From positions 32,001 through 96,000 of the forward strand of contig JBJOKS010000020.1 of assembly GCA_046045965.1 (NCBI GenBank): DNA of 64,000 bases, given 5' to 3'. The DNA comes from Cyanobacteriota bacterium (lineage in GTDB: Bacteria > Cyanobacteriota > Cyanobacteriia > Cyanobacteriales > Nostocaceae). Each line of letters begins with the position of its first letter. Positions within the stretch are counted from its first letter, which is position 1. The notes beneath the pieces were generated by a model, which was given only the letters and a program-made list of their open reading frames with translations, was not told the origin of the DNA and ran no database searches. Both the position numbers and the translations under genes were made by a program. Positions 31,569 to 41,572 of the stretch are shown here, piece after piece.

Positions 31569-31607
31569 GGCTTAAGTATGACAAAATAACCATACTTGAG
31601 CCTTTTT
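31569..31607 (+). terminator. Intrinsic terminator
   Basis: GGCTTAAGTATG/CATACTTGAGCC stem followed by TTTTT. Confidence 0.8.
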
Positions 31608-31634
31608 AATTGATAATTTCTGGATAATTTGTGA

Positions 31635-32663
31635 TTACGGTTCCTCAGACACCTGCACAATTAATTTACCCATTTTATCACCATCAAAAAGTTTGAGAAT
31701 TGCCTTTGGTGCATTTTCCAAACCTGCAACAATTTCTTGAGTATATTTAATTTTTCCCTCTTGTAACCATTGTCCGATATCCCGAAAAGCAACATCAAAT
31801 TGTGGAACATAATCGGTGACAATAAAACCTTGTATTAACAAACGCTGCATTAAAATCTGACTAAAATTATAGGGACCAGGTACAGGTTCTTGAGCATTAT
31901 AAGTGGAAATCAAACCACATAGAGGAATGCGTGCATTTAAATTAACTTGTGTCAAAACAGCGTCAAGAATTTCCCCACCAACATTCTCGAAATAGATATC
32001 AATACCATTGGGACATGATGCAGCTAAAGCGGGAATTAAATCAGCGGTTTTATAATTAATTGCAGCATCAAAATTGAGTTCTTCTAATATATAGCGACAT
32101 TTTTCATCGGAACTGGTGATCCCCACCACACGACAACCTTTAATTTTGGCTATTTGTCCCACCAGGGAACCGACAGCACCAGATGCGGCTGAAACAACTA
32201 CGGTTTCTCCGGGTTGGGGTTTTCCTATATCCAATAGTCCAAAATAAGCAGTGCAACCAATAAAACTCAGAGGATGCAAAAAAGCCGTGAGGGGGACTGG
32301 TAAAGGTTGGGGTAGTTTCGTGAGAAAAAGAAGGTTCTGAGGGGAAATTAGGGCGTAATCTTGCCATCCTAATGCTCCAGAAACCAGATCCCCTGGTTGA
32401 AAGTTGGGATTTTTCGACTCTTCAACCACACCGACAACCAAACCGCGCATCACTTCCCCAAGTTCCACAGGTGGCATATACTGGGGGCGATCGCTCATCC
32501 AAATGCGATTGGTAGGATCTAAAGAAAGATATATACTACGTACCAGGATTTCACCATCTTCAGGGTGAGGAATTGCTTCTTCCCGATACTCAAAATCACT
32601 TTCTTTGATATCACCTACAGGACGAGATGCTAAACGCCACTGACGATTTATGGATTTTTTCAT
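31635..32663 (-). CDS. NADP-dependent oxidoreductase (PTGR/CurA-like MDR)
   Basis: LASRP, YLSLDP, TAYFGL, VSAASGAVG, YFENVGG. Confidence 0.9.
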   Translation of the reverse strand: MKKSINRQWRLASRPVGDIKESDFEYREEAIPHPEDGEILVRSIYLSLDPTNRIWMSDRPQYMPPVELGEVMRGLVVGVVEESKNPNFQPGDLVSGALGWQDYALISPQNLLFLTKLPQPLPVPLTAFLHPLSFIGCTAYFGLLDIGKPQPGETVVVSAASGAVGSLVGQIAKIKGCRVVGITSSDEKCRYILEELNFDAAINYKTADLIPALAASCPNGIDIYFENVGGEILDAVLTQVNLNARIPLCGLISTYNAQEPVPGPYNFSQILMQRLLIQGFIVTDYVPQFDVAFRDIGQWLQEGKIKYTQEIVAGLENAPKAILKLFDGDKMGKLIVQVSEEP

Positions 32664-32842
32664 AAATTTGATTATCCCAGGTTTGAACATGAAAATTATC
32701 CCCTATGGGGATGATTTTGGCACATTGGCAGAAATTTTTTCTAAAACTTAGCATAATGATGGGGCAGCACGTAAGCGCAAACTTAGTCACAAAATGTTAA
32801 TTTGGAAAACTATGACTAAGTTAAACTGCTCTACATCTACCA

Positions 32843-33763
32843 ATGCCTTATCTTACTACTGCTGCGGAAATCCGTTCCCAAATCGCTAAATATACCAAAG
32901 CACAAACTTTGTGGATAGATACAGAAGTTGCTGATTACAAAAGTCGCAATCCTAGATTATCGCTGATTCAAATATTAGATAATCCTCAAGATATGACTGG
33001 TGACAGTGTTTATGTTTTGGATGTACTAAATCAGTCTGATGTGGTTGCTGATTTTATTGAGCAAATTATGATCAATCCGTCCATCGAAAAGGTTTTTCAT
33101 AATGCTAGTTATGATGTGAGATTTTTAGGCAATAAAAAAGCCGAAAATGTTACTTGTACTTTGGCAATGGCGAAGTCAATACCCTATCATATCCTACCGT
33201 TGCCTAATTATCAGTTGAAAACTCTGGCTACTGTACTTTGTAATTTTCACGATATTGATAAACAGTATCAAAGCAGCGATTGGGGTAAAAGACCTTTGAC
33301 TGATGACCAATTAGAATATGCTTATTTTGATGGTATTTATCTAGCTCAAATCCATTTGCAGTTATTGGCTTTACAGTCCCAAATTACCACAGTCCCAGAA
33401 ACAGAAGATTTATATCAACTTTCTCAAAGATATACAGAAGTTGAACAGCAGCGAAAATTGATCAATTCCGAATTTGATTATTTACAAGAACGATTAAAAA
33501 AAGCTATGCAAGTTCAAAATATATCCGAAACTGAATATTGTCAGCTGTCTGGTTATGAACGTAAATCTGTAAAAGTTAAATTTACTGAATTGGTGCGTTT
33601 GGTGGAAAGTCAAGATGTTGATTTGGATTTTCCCATTACTCTGACTGAAAAACTGCAAAAAGATTTAGGCAGAAATTTGGAACAATTAAATGTAGATATT
33701 GAAACAACTTCTGTTTGGCGATTAATTACTAAATCTCAGGAAAGTGATGTTAATGATGAGTAA
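32843..33763 (+). CDS. RNase D-like DEDDy 3'-5' exonuclease
   Basis: WIDTE, KVFHNASYD, SDWGKRPL..QLEYAYFD. Confidence 0.85.
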   Translation: MPYLTTAAEIRSQIAKYTKAQTLWIDTEVADYKSRNPRLSLIQILDNPQDMTGDSVYVLDVLNQSDVVADFIEQIMINPSIEKVFHNASYDVRFLGNKKAENVTCTLAMAKSIPYHILPLPNYQLKTLATVLCNFHDIDKQYQSSDWGKRPLTDDQLEYAYFDGIYLAQIHLQLLALQSQITTVPETEDLYQLSQRYTEVEQQRKLINSEFDYLQERLKKAMQVQNISETEYCQLSGYERKSVKVKFTELVRLVESQDVDLDFPITLTEKLQKDLGRNLEQLNVDIETTSVWRLITKSQESDVNDE

Positions 33764-34089
33764 GAGAGGAATTTAAATTTATTCCTGCACAAGAATATCC
33801 CCGATTTATTCAATAATTTCCACAAGTCGGGGAACTGAATTATGATGTTGATAAAAATGGTATTGATCTGAACAATTTACTAATTTAAAAATGAACTTAT
33901 TTATACATTAATTTTTCGAGTAAATGGTTAGATTTTAAAAAAGTTATGAATGGAATCTAGAGAAGATGATGAAAGCTTGTTAATTGAGTTAATACTAGCA
34001 GTAGCGGTGGTAATTTCCGGGAAGTAAAAGAAATAAATTGGATTTTTGTAATCTTTTACTCCGGGTATGAAAGCGGTTTATAAGAACTT

Positions 34090-34932
34090 ATGAAATGGCA
34101 GTTATTGACACACAAAGAGCAAGTGCTAGGTAGAATATTCAAAATAGTAGTGGCTACTGGGTTAACTGGAATTTTATGCGTTTCTTGCAGTCAAAATAAG
34201 GAAGTTTTGGTGACAGAAATAGGGGTTAGCCCTCCCAACCGACTGACACCTAAAACATCAAAAGCTGGAGAGTTCTATATCCAAGGACAAAATCAGCACG
34301 CTAGAGGTAATTCTCAAGCTGCTATTGCTGCTTATAGTAGATCAATTAGCCTGAATTCTGAATATGCGCCGGCGTTTAAAAGTCGGGGGTTAGCATATTT
34401 TGATATTGGTAATAAAGAAGGTGCGATCGCAGATTATAATCAAGCATTACGTCTGAATCCTAACGATGCAGAAACCTATAATAATAGAGGAAATGCCCGT
34501 GCATCTTTGGGAGATCAACAAAATGCGATCGCAGATTATAATGAAGCAATTCGCCTAGCGTCCAACTATGCCGAAGCTTACAATAATCGAGGAAATGCCC
34601 GTTCTGCCCAAGGAGATAAAAACGGGGCATTGCAAGATTATACACAGGCTATTAGTATAGATCAAAACTATTCTGTTGCCTATAATAACCGGGGAAATGC
34701 TTACGCGTCTCAGGGAGATCAACAAAAAGCGATCGCAGATTACAATCAAGCTATCCGCCTCAACCCCAACTTTGGTCCTGCCTATAATAACCGAGGCAAC
34801 GCTTTTGCTGCTGCTGGAGATAAACGCAGTGCGTTACAAGATTTACAACGGGCAGCAACCATCTTTGATAAAGAAGGTAACAAAGAATTGTATCAACAAG
34901 TGATGAAAAATATTGAGGAATTGGGGAGATAG
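34090..34932 (+). CDS. TPR lipoprotein
   Basis: CVSC lipobox-like segment and repeated AYNNRGNA..GD...AIADYNQA. Confidence 0.85.
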   Translation: MKWQLLTHKEQVLGRIFKIVVATGLTGILCVSCSQNKEVLVTEIGVSPPNRLTPKTSKAGEFYIQGQNQHARGNSQAAIAAYSRSISLNSEYAPAFKSRGLAYFDIGNKEGAIADYNQALRLNPNDAETYNNRGNARASLGDQQNAIADYNEAIRLASNYAEAYNNRGNARSAQGDKNGALQDYTQAISIDQNYSVAYNNRGNAYASQGDQQKAIADYNQAIRLNPNFGPAYNNRGNAFAAAGDKRSALQDLQRAATIFDKEGNKELYQQVMKNIEELGR

Positions 34933-34933
34933 C

Positions 34934-35016
34934 TAATGGGTAATGGGTAATGGGTAATGGGTAATGGGTAATGGGTAATTAATTTAATTTTTCCCAATCA
35001 CCAATCACCAATCACC
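34934..35016. repeat. STRR (TAATGGG)6 facing (CCAATCA)3 between convergent genes
   Basis: Direct reading. Confidence 0.85.
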
Positions 35017-36671
35017 TATTCTTCAAAATTAGGAGTACGTAAATCTTCAACTAAAGCTTGAATATCTGCTGGTGGTGGTGGAGTAAAACGGGAAACTGTG
35101 ATAGTGACAATAAAATTAATTACCATCCCTAAAGTGCCGATACCTTCAGCAGAAACTCCAAAAAACCAAGGTGTCATTCCCGCAAATTTCACACCAATAA
35201 TATAGATGATGGTGAAAATTAAACCGGTTAACATTCCCGCAATTGCACCTTCGGCATTTGTGCGTTTATCAAAAATTCCTAATACTATCACCGGGAAAAA
35301 ACTAGCAGCCGCTAAACCAAAAGCAAAAGCTACCACCTGAGACACAAAACCAGGAGGGTTTACACCAAAATAACCCGCAAGAACTAAAGCAAAACCAACA
35401 ACAACTCGCCCGACAAATACCCGTTTTTCTTCCGAAGCTGTAGAATCAAAAATGCGGTAGTAAACGTCATGGGCAACAGAACTAGAAATTACCAGTAATA
35501 AACCAGAAGCTGTTGATAATGCAGCCGCTAAACCTCCAGCAGCAACTAAAGCTATTACCCAAGCTGGGAGTGCTGCAACTTCGGGAGTAGAGAGAACAAT
35601 AATATCATTGTCGATGGTAATTTCATTAGTTTCTTTGTTAGGAGTTAACTGCAATTTACCATCTTTATTTTTATCTTCAAATGTGAGCAGTTTGGTCTTT
35701 TCCCATTTATTTGCCCAGTCTAATTGTCTAACTTCTTCAACAGTATGATCGTGAAGAGTTTGAATTAAATTGTAACGGGCAAACATGGATAAAGCCGGGG
35801 CTGTGGTGTAAAGAATGGCAATAAATAATAAAGCCCAACCTGCGGAAAATCTCGCCGCCCGCACATTAGGAACTGTGTAAAACCGGACGATAATATGTGG
35901 TAAACCAGCAGTTCCTACCATCAAAGCAATAGTGATGAATAGGACATCTAACATGGTTTTATTAGCAAAAGGTTGGGTATATTCTTTAAATCCTAAATCC
36001 ACCTGAAGTTGATTTAAATTATTAGCAACATCACTAAAGGTAAATGCTAATTGCGGAAAAGGATTTCCTGTTAGTTTATCTGCAATAGCAATGGCAGGAA
36101 TTAAATAAGCTAAAATCAAAATGCAATATTGGGCAACTTGTGTCCAAGTAATACCTTTCATTCCTCCCAAAACTGCAAAAAAACCAACGATCACAATACC
36201 AATGATTACACCAGTATTAATATCAACTTGTAAAAAGCGACTAAATACAATTCCTACCCCACGCATTTGTCCGGCAACATAGGTAAGAGAAACGAAAATT
36301 GCCGCGACAACTGCAACTAAACGAGCGAGATTTGATTTATAGCGATCGCCTACAAAATCTGGTACTGTATATTTACCAAACTTGCGTAAATATGGGGCTA
36401 ATAATAAAGCTAATAAAACATAGCCACCAGTCCAACCCATTAAATAAATTGAACCATCATAACCCAAAGTAGAAATTAATCCAGCCATCGAAATAAACGA
36501 AGCCGCAGACATCCAATCAGCCGCAGTTGCAGCACCATTAGCAATAGAAGGAATACCCTGACCAGCAATAAAGAAATCCTTTGTATCCTTGACCCGTGAC
36601 TGCCAACCAATGTATATATAGAGTGCAAAAGAAAGTCCTACTAAAATAATCGTCCAAAGTTCAACTGACAC
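35016..36671 (-). CDS. Sodium:solute symporter (ActP-like cation/acetate symporter family)
   Basis: NGAATAADWMSAASF, GTAGLPHIIVRFYT, AALSTASGLL; paired with a DUF4212 gene. Confidence 0.9.
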   Translation of the reverse strand: MSVELWTIILVGLSFALYIYIGWQSRVKDTKDFFIAGQGIPSIANGAATAADWMSAASFISMAGLISTLGYDGSIYLMGWTGGYVLLALLLAPYLRKFGKYTVPDFVGDRYKSNLARLVAVVAAIFVSLTYVAGQMRGVGIVFSRFLQVDINTGVIIGIVIVGFFAVLGGMKGITWTQVAQYCILILAYLIPAIAIADKLTGNPFPQLAFTFSDVANNLNQLQVDLGFKEYTQPFANKTMLDVLFITIALMVGTAGLPHIIVRFYTVPNVRAARFSAGWALLFIAILYTTAPALSMFARYNLIQTLHDHTVEEVRQLDWANKWEKTKLLTFEDKNKDGKLQLTPNKETNEITIDNDIIVLSTPEVAALPAWVIALVAAGGLAAALSTASGLLLVISSSVAHDVYYRIFDSTASEEKRVFVGRVVVGFALVLAGYFGVNPPGFVSQVVAFAFGLAAASFFPVIVLGIFDKRTNAEGAIAGMLTGLIFTIIYIIGVKFAGMTPWFFGVSAEGIGTLGMVINFIVTITVSRFTPPPPADIQALVEDLRTPNFEE

Positions 36672-36689
36672 CGTTTATCCTCACTTTTT

Positions 36690-36944
36690 TTATTTTTTGA
36701 TATTATACTTGCGGTCTAATTTATCCATTTGGAAAGCATAGGTAAAAATCAAACCTACAAAAATCAAAATTGACCCTTGTTGTGCCATCCAAAAGCCAAA
36801 AGGTAAACCAAAAAACCTAATTGTATTTAATGGTTGAACCAATAAAATGCTAAAAACAATTGAGGCTAAAGCCCAAATAATTAACAGATTTCTGATTAAA
36901 GCAGTGTTAGCACGCCAATAAGCACGGCGTTGTTCTTCATCCAT
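36690..36944 (-). CDS. DUF4212 small symporter-associated membrane protein
   Basis: YWRAN..L..W, GFWMAQQGS, MDKLD. Confidence 0.85.
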   Translation of the reverse strand: MDEEQRRAYWRANTALIRNLLIIWALASIVFSILLVQPLNTIRFFGLPFGFWMAQQGSILIFVGLIFTYAFQMDKLDRKYNIKK

Positions 36945-37140
36945 TGTTTTTATCCTGGCTGCATCATAGATAAGTTCAATCAGCCGTTATTATCTAACCT
37001 GAATCCGTTTTTTTATGTTAATTTTTTTAACGAGTTACTTTTGATGAAATAAAATCTTTTACGATATCATAGTTGATTATTTAATACAAAGCACCATAAA
37101 TATGATAGATTCAAAAAATCCTGTATCTTTCTTAACTTTA

Positions 37141-37659
37141 TTATCTGCGTCCTAACTTCCAATCTTCACCACCAGGTAACTGAGTTAAATAATTATCAAC
37201 CACTGCGGGTAATTCCTTAAGAGAATAATTATAAGTAAGTTGTAATAACTCTCGACTTTGATTAATAATTTGTTCCTGATTTACCATTTCCGCCAATTGA
37301 AAAGGACTGTAAACACCATTTAAAACTTCCACACTTGCATCACGAATTGCACCATCTAATTCATCTTCAATATATTCACTCCATTCATTTTCATTGATGT
37401 AATAGGATTTTTTATTTTCCTTGAGATTGAGTTTTTTAATTTCCCTAATTGCATTCCGAATTGAAGCAGCCCAAGAATTGGTTAACCTCTGCTCAATTTG
37501 ATTCTTAATCAAATGAATTATTAGCACCTTGATAAACGCTTGAATATTGCGTAAAATTGCTTGTTTACTCATCCCCTCCAACTCATCCACAATAGCTAAA
37601 GCATCAGTATAACGCTGTTCCAAAATACAATTTCTGAGGTCTATTAATTCCTGGGTCAT
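37141..37659 (-). CDS. DUF29-like protein
   Basis: ELEGMSK..I....LIIHLIK...SWAASI pattern. Confidence 0.75.
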   Translation of the reverse strand: MTQELIDLRNCILEQRYTDALAIVDELEGMSKQAILRNIQAFIKVLIIHLIKNQIEQRLTNSWAASIRNAIREIKKLNLKENKKSYYINENEWSEYIEDELDGAIRDASVEVLNGVYSPFQLAEMVNQEQIINQSRELLQLTYNYSLKELPAVVDNYLTQLPGGEDWKLGRR

Positions 37660-37863
37660 TTTTTACTAACCTCAAATTTACTGCAAATACCCTTTTAGTA
37701 TAACATATTCCTACTTAATTATTAATTGATTTGTACTTATTAACATTCATAAACTTTTATCAGATAAAAATTAGGTAAAACCAGTTACATTGATGTAAAA
37801 TACTAACGGATAATTTTTCATCTGTAAACTGTCTCATCATAATTTTGCTAATTTTAGAATCCC

Positions 37864-38508
37864 ATGTACAAATTTGATTTAGTTATTTTTGATTGTGATG
37901 GTGTGCTTGTAGATAGCGAGCGCATCACCAATACTATTTTTGCGGAAATGCTCAATGAACTAGGGTTGTCTCTCACTTTAGAAGATATGTTTGATACGTT
38001 TATGGGAAACTCCATGAAACGATGCTTAGAAATTATCCAAGATATGCTCCTTAAACCTGTACCAGATAATCTTGTCACAGAATATAAGCAAAGAGTCGCC
38101 CAGGAGTTAGCAACTTCATTACAGCCAATTAATGGAATACACGATGTTATCAAAAACCTTGAACTTCCTTATTGTGTTGCTTCCAGTGGTGAACATGAGA
38201 AGATGCAAATCACTTTAGGAACAACAGGTTTACTACCGTATTTTTCAGGAAAAATATTTAGTGTGACAGAAGTTGAACGTGGCAAACCTTATCCAGATAT
38301 ATTCTTATATGCAGCTAAAGAAATGGGATTTAATCCTGAAAAATGTGTTGTTGTTGAAGACTCACCCACGGGAGTAAAAGCTGGAGTCGCAGCAGGTATG
38401 ACAGTATTGGGTTACGCATCAATTATGAAACCACAAAAACTTCTAGAAGCTGGTGCATCTCTTGTATTTGATGATATGAAACAGTTACCAGAACTGCTTA
38501 TCAATTGA
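37864..38508 (+). CDS. HAD-superfamily hydrolase
   Basis: FDCDGVLVD, VASS, KPYPD, VEDS..G. Confidence 0.92.
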   Translation: MYKFDLVIFDCDGVLVDSERITNTIFAEMLNELGLSLTLEDMFDTFMGNSMKRCLEIIQDMLLKPVPDNLVTEYKQRVAQELATSLQPINGIHDVIKNLELPYCVASSGEHEKMQITLGTTGLLPYFSGKIFSVTEVERGKPYPDIFLYAAKEMGFNPEKCVVVEDSPTGVKAGVAAGMTVLGYASIMKPQKLLEAGASLVFDDMKQLPELLIN

Positions 38509-38606
38509 TAATTGTTTCATTTAAGGGTTAAAAAAATCTTTAAAACTTTCTTTATGAAACTTCGCCTAATTTTTTAATCTTTTGTTTTTACCCCTTGGTG
38601 GAGTTT

Positions 38607-38741
38607 CAATACTATTCGGTTAAGAACTTTTGTAGGTTGGGTTGAACAAAGTGAAACCCAACATTTACAGGTATTTGTTGGGTTTCGTTCCTCAACCCAA
38701 CCTACGTATTTTTGTTTTTTAGCCTTAACCGAAAAGTATTG
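38607..38741. mobile_element. MITE with 18-bp TIRs carrying an internal REP-like palindrome
   Basis: TIRs CAATACTATTCGGTTAAG / CTTAACCGAAAAGTATTG (17/18 match); flanking 10-mers GGTGGAGTTT / GGTGGGGGTT (8/10) as a decayed target-site duplication. Confidence 0.75.
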
Positions 38742-38793
38742 GGTGGGGGTTGAGTATTTATTGCTAAACCCCTACAAAATATTACGAAATTAC

Positions 38794-41274
38794 CTAACTC
38801 ACACCCACAGGTTTTTTACTGTAATATTCATTTTCCGCATACACACTAATTACAGTATCACCAACCACAAAAAATGTACCTTCCTGCTCAGATTTAGAAA
38901 ACTGCAAATCAGGATATTTACTACCAATTTCATCCGCAGTCATCGCTTGAGAATTCATTTCATCAGGTAACAAACCCGTCGCACCAATATAAAATACTAA
39001 AGGTGAAATTTGCTCTCGATAAACCTTTTCAGTGTAACTCTCTAACTTCTGTTTTGCTGTTGTCATCGCGTTGATAATTTCCTGTTTATCCACAGGTGTA
39101 CCCGCGTGTTTTGCTTGTAATAATAAAGCTAAACTTCCAGCACCTACCAAGTTTAAAATTTCCCCAACTTTACCCGTTGTTTCTATTCCCAGAAAATCAT
39201 CAAAAATCCCTTTCATCAAATCATCTGCTTTTGTAACTTTACTTCTGGAAGATAAAGCTTTAGCACGAAAAGCAATATTTTCCTGAAACGCTAATTCAAA
39301 AGTAGGTTTCTTGAAAATTTCTCCAGTTTCTGAATCGTAAACTTCATATCTTTTATCAAGAAACTGATTAGCAGAAGACAATTTACTCAAATTGAGAACT
39401 TCTAAACTGCCAATATCAATTTTATAACTCACCCTTGAATCAACAGTACCATCAGATAAAGCCACTTTCAAATCTGTATACTCGTTAGTGGTGGGAAAAT
39501 TCAGATACAGACTTTTAGAAAGATAATGTTTTTTCAGTTCTTCAATTTGCGCGGGAATAAATACATCTGACTCTTCCCGTAAATGAGCAGATAAAATACT
39601 CGTTAAAGCCTTAATTTCTGCTAGTTGCTTAAACAAACCTTCCACACTGCCATAATTACCTTCAAAACTCACCAAAGGTAAATCAGCTAATTGCAGTGTA
39701 TATTCTTTTTGAAAATCAAATTCTTCCCCATCAATAACCCCTACTGCTTGTAATTCATCAAAGGCTTTTTTACTGCTGATTTTCACTTTTAAAGCCTTAA
39801 CATTAATTTCTCCATCACTGACAATGGTATAATTATTAAAAGTCGTTAAATCATTTAATAACACACCTGCAACTTCAGTAATAGGGGTTTTATCTTCCGC
39901 TTTTACCAACTTTACTTTTTGGGTAATCAGCATATTAATAGTCGCGGTATTGCGGTTAATATCAAAACTCCCCATCTGCACATAATCACCAGGTTCAATA
40001 TATTCTATTTCTAACCAAGGTTTGATTAATTCCCCATTTTCTCCCCGCGTACCATTAACCCGCTTAATACCCTTTCTCTGGTAAGTTGCTTTCAGATGTT
40101 TGAGGTTAATAATGATATGTTCTCGATGTTTGGATAGAATATCAATCAATGCCAAAACTGAAATTTTATCATTAACTTTGACATGATCTAAAATTTCATG
40201 TTCAGCTAAAACATGAGGATAAAAGATGGCAATTTCTAAATCTTTGGTAAAATCAGCAATGTCTTCATTTGTTAAAGCTTTTGCGTGTCTTGTGGTTAAG
40301 GTTGCATTGAAGGTACTCGCAAGCGCATATTTCGCAGTATTCAAATTTCCATCTGCTAAATTTGCTTTCGCAAACAGATAAACTGAAATATCATTTTGAA
40401 CAACAGGAACATCTGTTAATTGTTCATAAGCTGCTTTGGTAATTTGCTTATATTTATAGATATATCCCTCATCTTCTGGTTTCAAACCAAAAACTTTTAA
40501 AGTTTGATTTGTGCCATTAATTTTTTGAGCAGTGGGAGAAAAGAAAACTTGATAACTGTAGTCACTAGCTAAGGGTTCTTCAATAACTATTCCCGTTGCT
40601 TCTTTCAACACATTTCCGGTGTTATACAAAGCATCATAAACTTCCTTAATATTGCCAGCTTGGATACAAACACCAGAAACAGAATTAGCAATTTTCGCCA
40701 AAAACTTAAAATCAGAAGAGAGAGAATAAGCAATAGTGTTAACAAAAACTTCCTTGTTTTTCAAATCATTACAAATTCCCTCTATTGCTTTAGATTCAGA
40801 ATTAAAACTGCTATCATTAGCATAGCCGTCACTGTGTAAAGTTATGGCTGTTAATTCATTAGGACGAATCAATTCATTAGCTAATTTTAAAGATTGAGAA
40901 ATACAAGTTGCACAAGTAGCACGAATAGCTTTAATATCAGCAATGTAATCTGAATCTGGCTGCATGACCTCTTGAATAGGTACACGCTGAAAATGACAAG
41001 TTAAATCACCTTTAGAAGAATAAGAAATCAGCGTGACAACTAATTCTGAGTTGCTGTATTCATCCAGCGTCAAAAGCTTGATTAAGGTTTCTTTTAAAGC
41101 CTCAATATCATAATACATTGAACCGGAACGATCAATGATCATGATACTATGGGCAATCATTTTTTTAGGAATCGCATCTGGTTTAATTTCCAGTTTTATT
41201 TTTTCAGTTAAATAGAAAGCTTTTTCCTTACCTGCGAGATTATAAACAGCAAACTTGGTTTTTTGACTTGTCAT
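38794..41274 (-). CDS. Large vWA-domain protein (826 aa)
   Basis: MIDAS DRSGSM, T.ISQSL, LHSDG in the N-terminal ~220 aa; the remainder is unassigned. Confidence 0.8.
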   Translation of the reverse strand: MTSQKTKFAVYNLAGKEKAFYLTEKIKLEIKPDAIPKKMIAHSIMIIDRSGSMYYDIEALKETLIKLLTLDEYSNSELVVTLISYSSKGDLTCHFQRVPIQEVMQPDSDYIADIKAIRATCATCISQSLKLANELIRPNELTAITLHSDGYANDSSFNSESKAIEGICNDLKNKEVFVNTIAYSLSSDFKFLAKIANSVSGVCIQAGNIKEVYDALYNTGNVLKEATGIVIEEPLASDYSYQVFFSPTAQKINGTNQTLKVFGLKPEDEGYIYKYKQITKAAYEQLTDVPVVQNDISVYLFAKANLADGNLNTAKYALASTFNATLTTRHAKALTNEDIADFTKDLEIAIFYPHVLAEHEILDHVKVNDKISVLALIDILSKHREHIIINLKHLKATYQRKGIKRVNGTRGENGELIKPWLEIEYIEPGDYVQMGSFDINRNTATINMLITQKVKLVKAEDKTPITEVAGVLLNDLTTFNNYTIVSDGEINVKALKVKISSKKAFDELQAVGVIDGEEFDFQKEYTLQLADLPLVSFEGNYGSVEGLFKQLAEIKALTSILSAHLREESDVFIPAQIEELKKHYLSKSLYLNFPTTNEYTDLKVALSDGTVDSRVSYKIDIGSLEVLNLSKLSSANQFLDKRYEVYDSETGEIFKKPTFELAFQENIAFRAKALSSRSKVTKADDLMKGIFDDFLGIETTGKVGEILNLVGAGSLALLLQAKHAGTPVDKQEIINAMTTAKQKLESYTEKVYREQISPLVFYIGATGLLPDEMNSQAMTADEIGSKYPDLQFSKSEQEGTFFVVGDTVISVYAENEYYSKKPVGVS

Positions 41275-41407
41275 AATTTTGCCGATGGTAATTTTACAAG
41301 GAATCTTATCCAGGATAAATCAATTTATACCTGATTGGGGTGATGTTGTAATATGTTGTAAAGACTATGATGTATACTGAGAAAACTTTTGATTTTCTCT
41401 ACGTTAA

Positions 41408-41427
41408 TATAGTACATGAATACTATA
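41408..41427. promoter_or_regulatory. Near-palindrome resembling a cyanobacterial LexA box
   Basis: TATAGTACATGAATACTATA between the divergent vWA and kinase genes; one mismatch from RGTAC-N4-GTWC. Confidence 0.35.
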
Positions 41428-41572
41428 GAAATGTCAAGGGAAGGGGAAAAAGCTTCATATTGCTTAATTTTTAGGTTGCAAGCAGAGTTAGAGAGGTTTT
41501 ACTAAACATCTCTACATTTTGTTGATGATTGTGCCAAAATAAACATAATGATTCTTTAGGTATTTGTAACCT

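Noticed and set aside
33756..33960. Possible decayed gene after the RNase D-like gene
   Set aside because: Multiple stops and no recognisable motif; cannot be supported.
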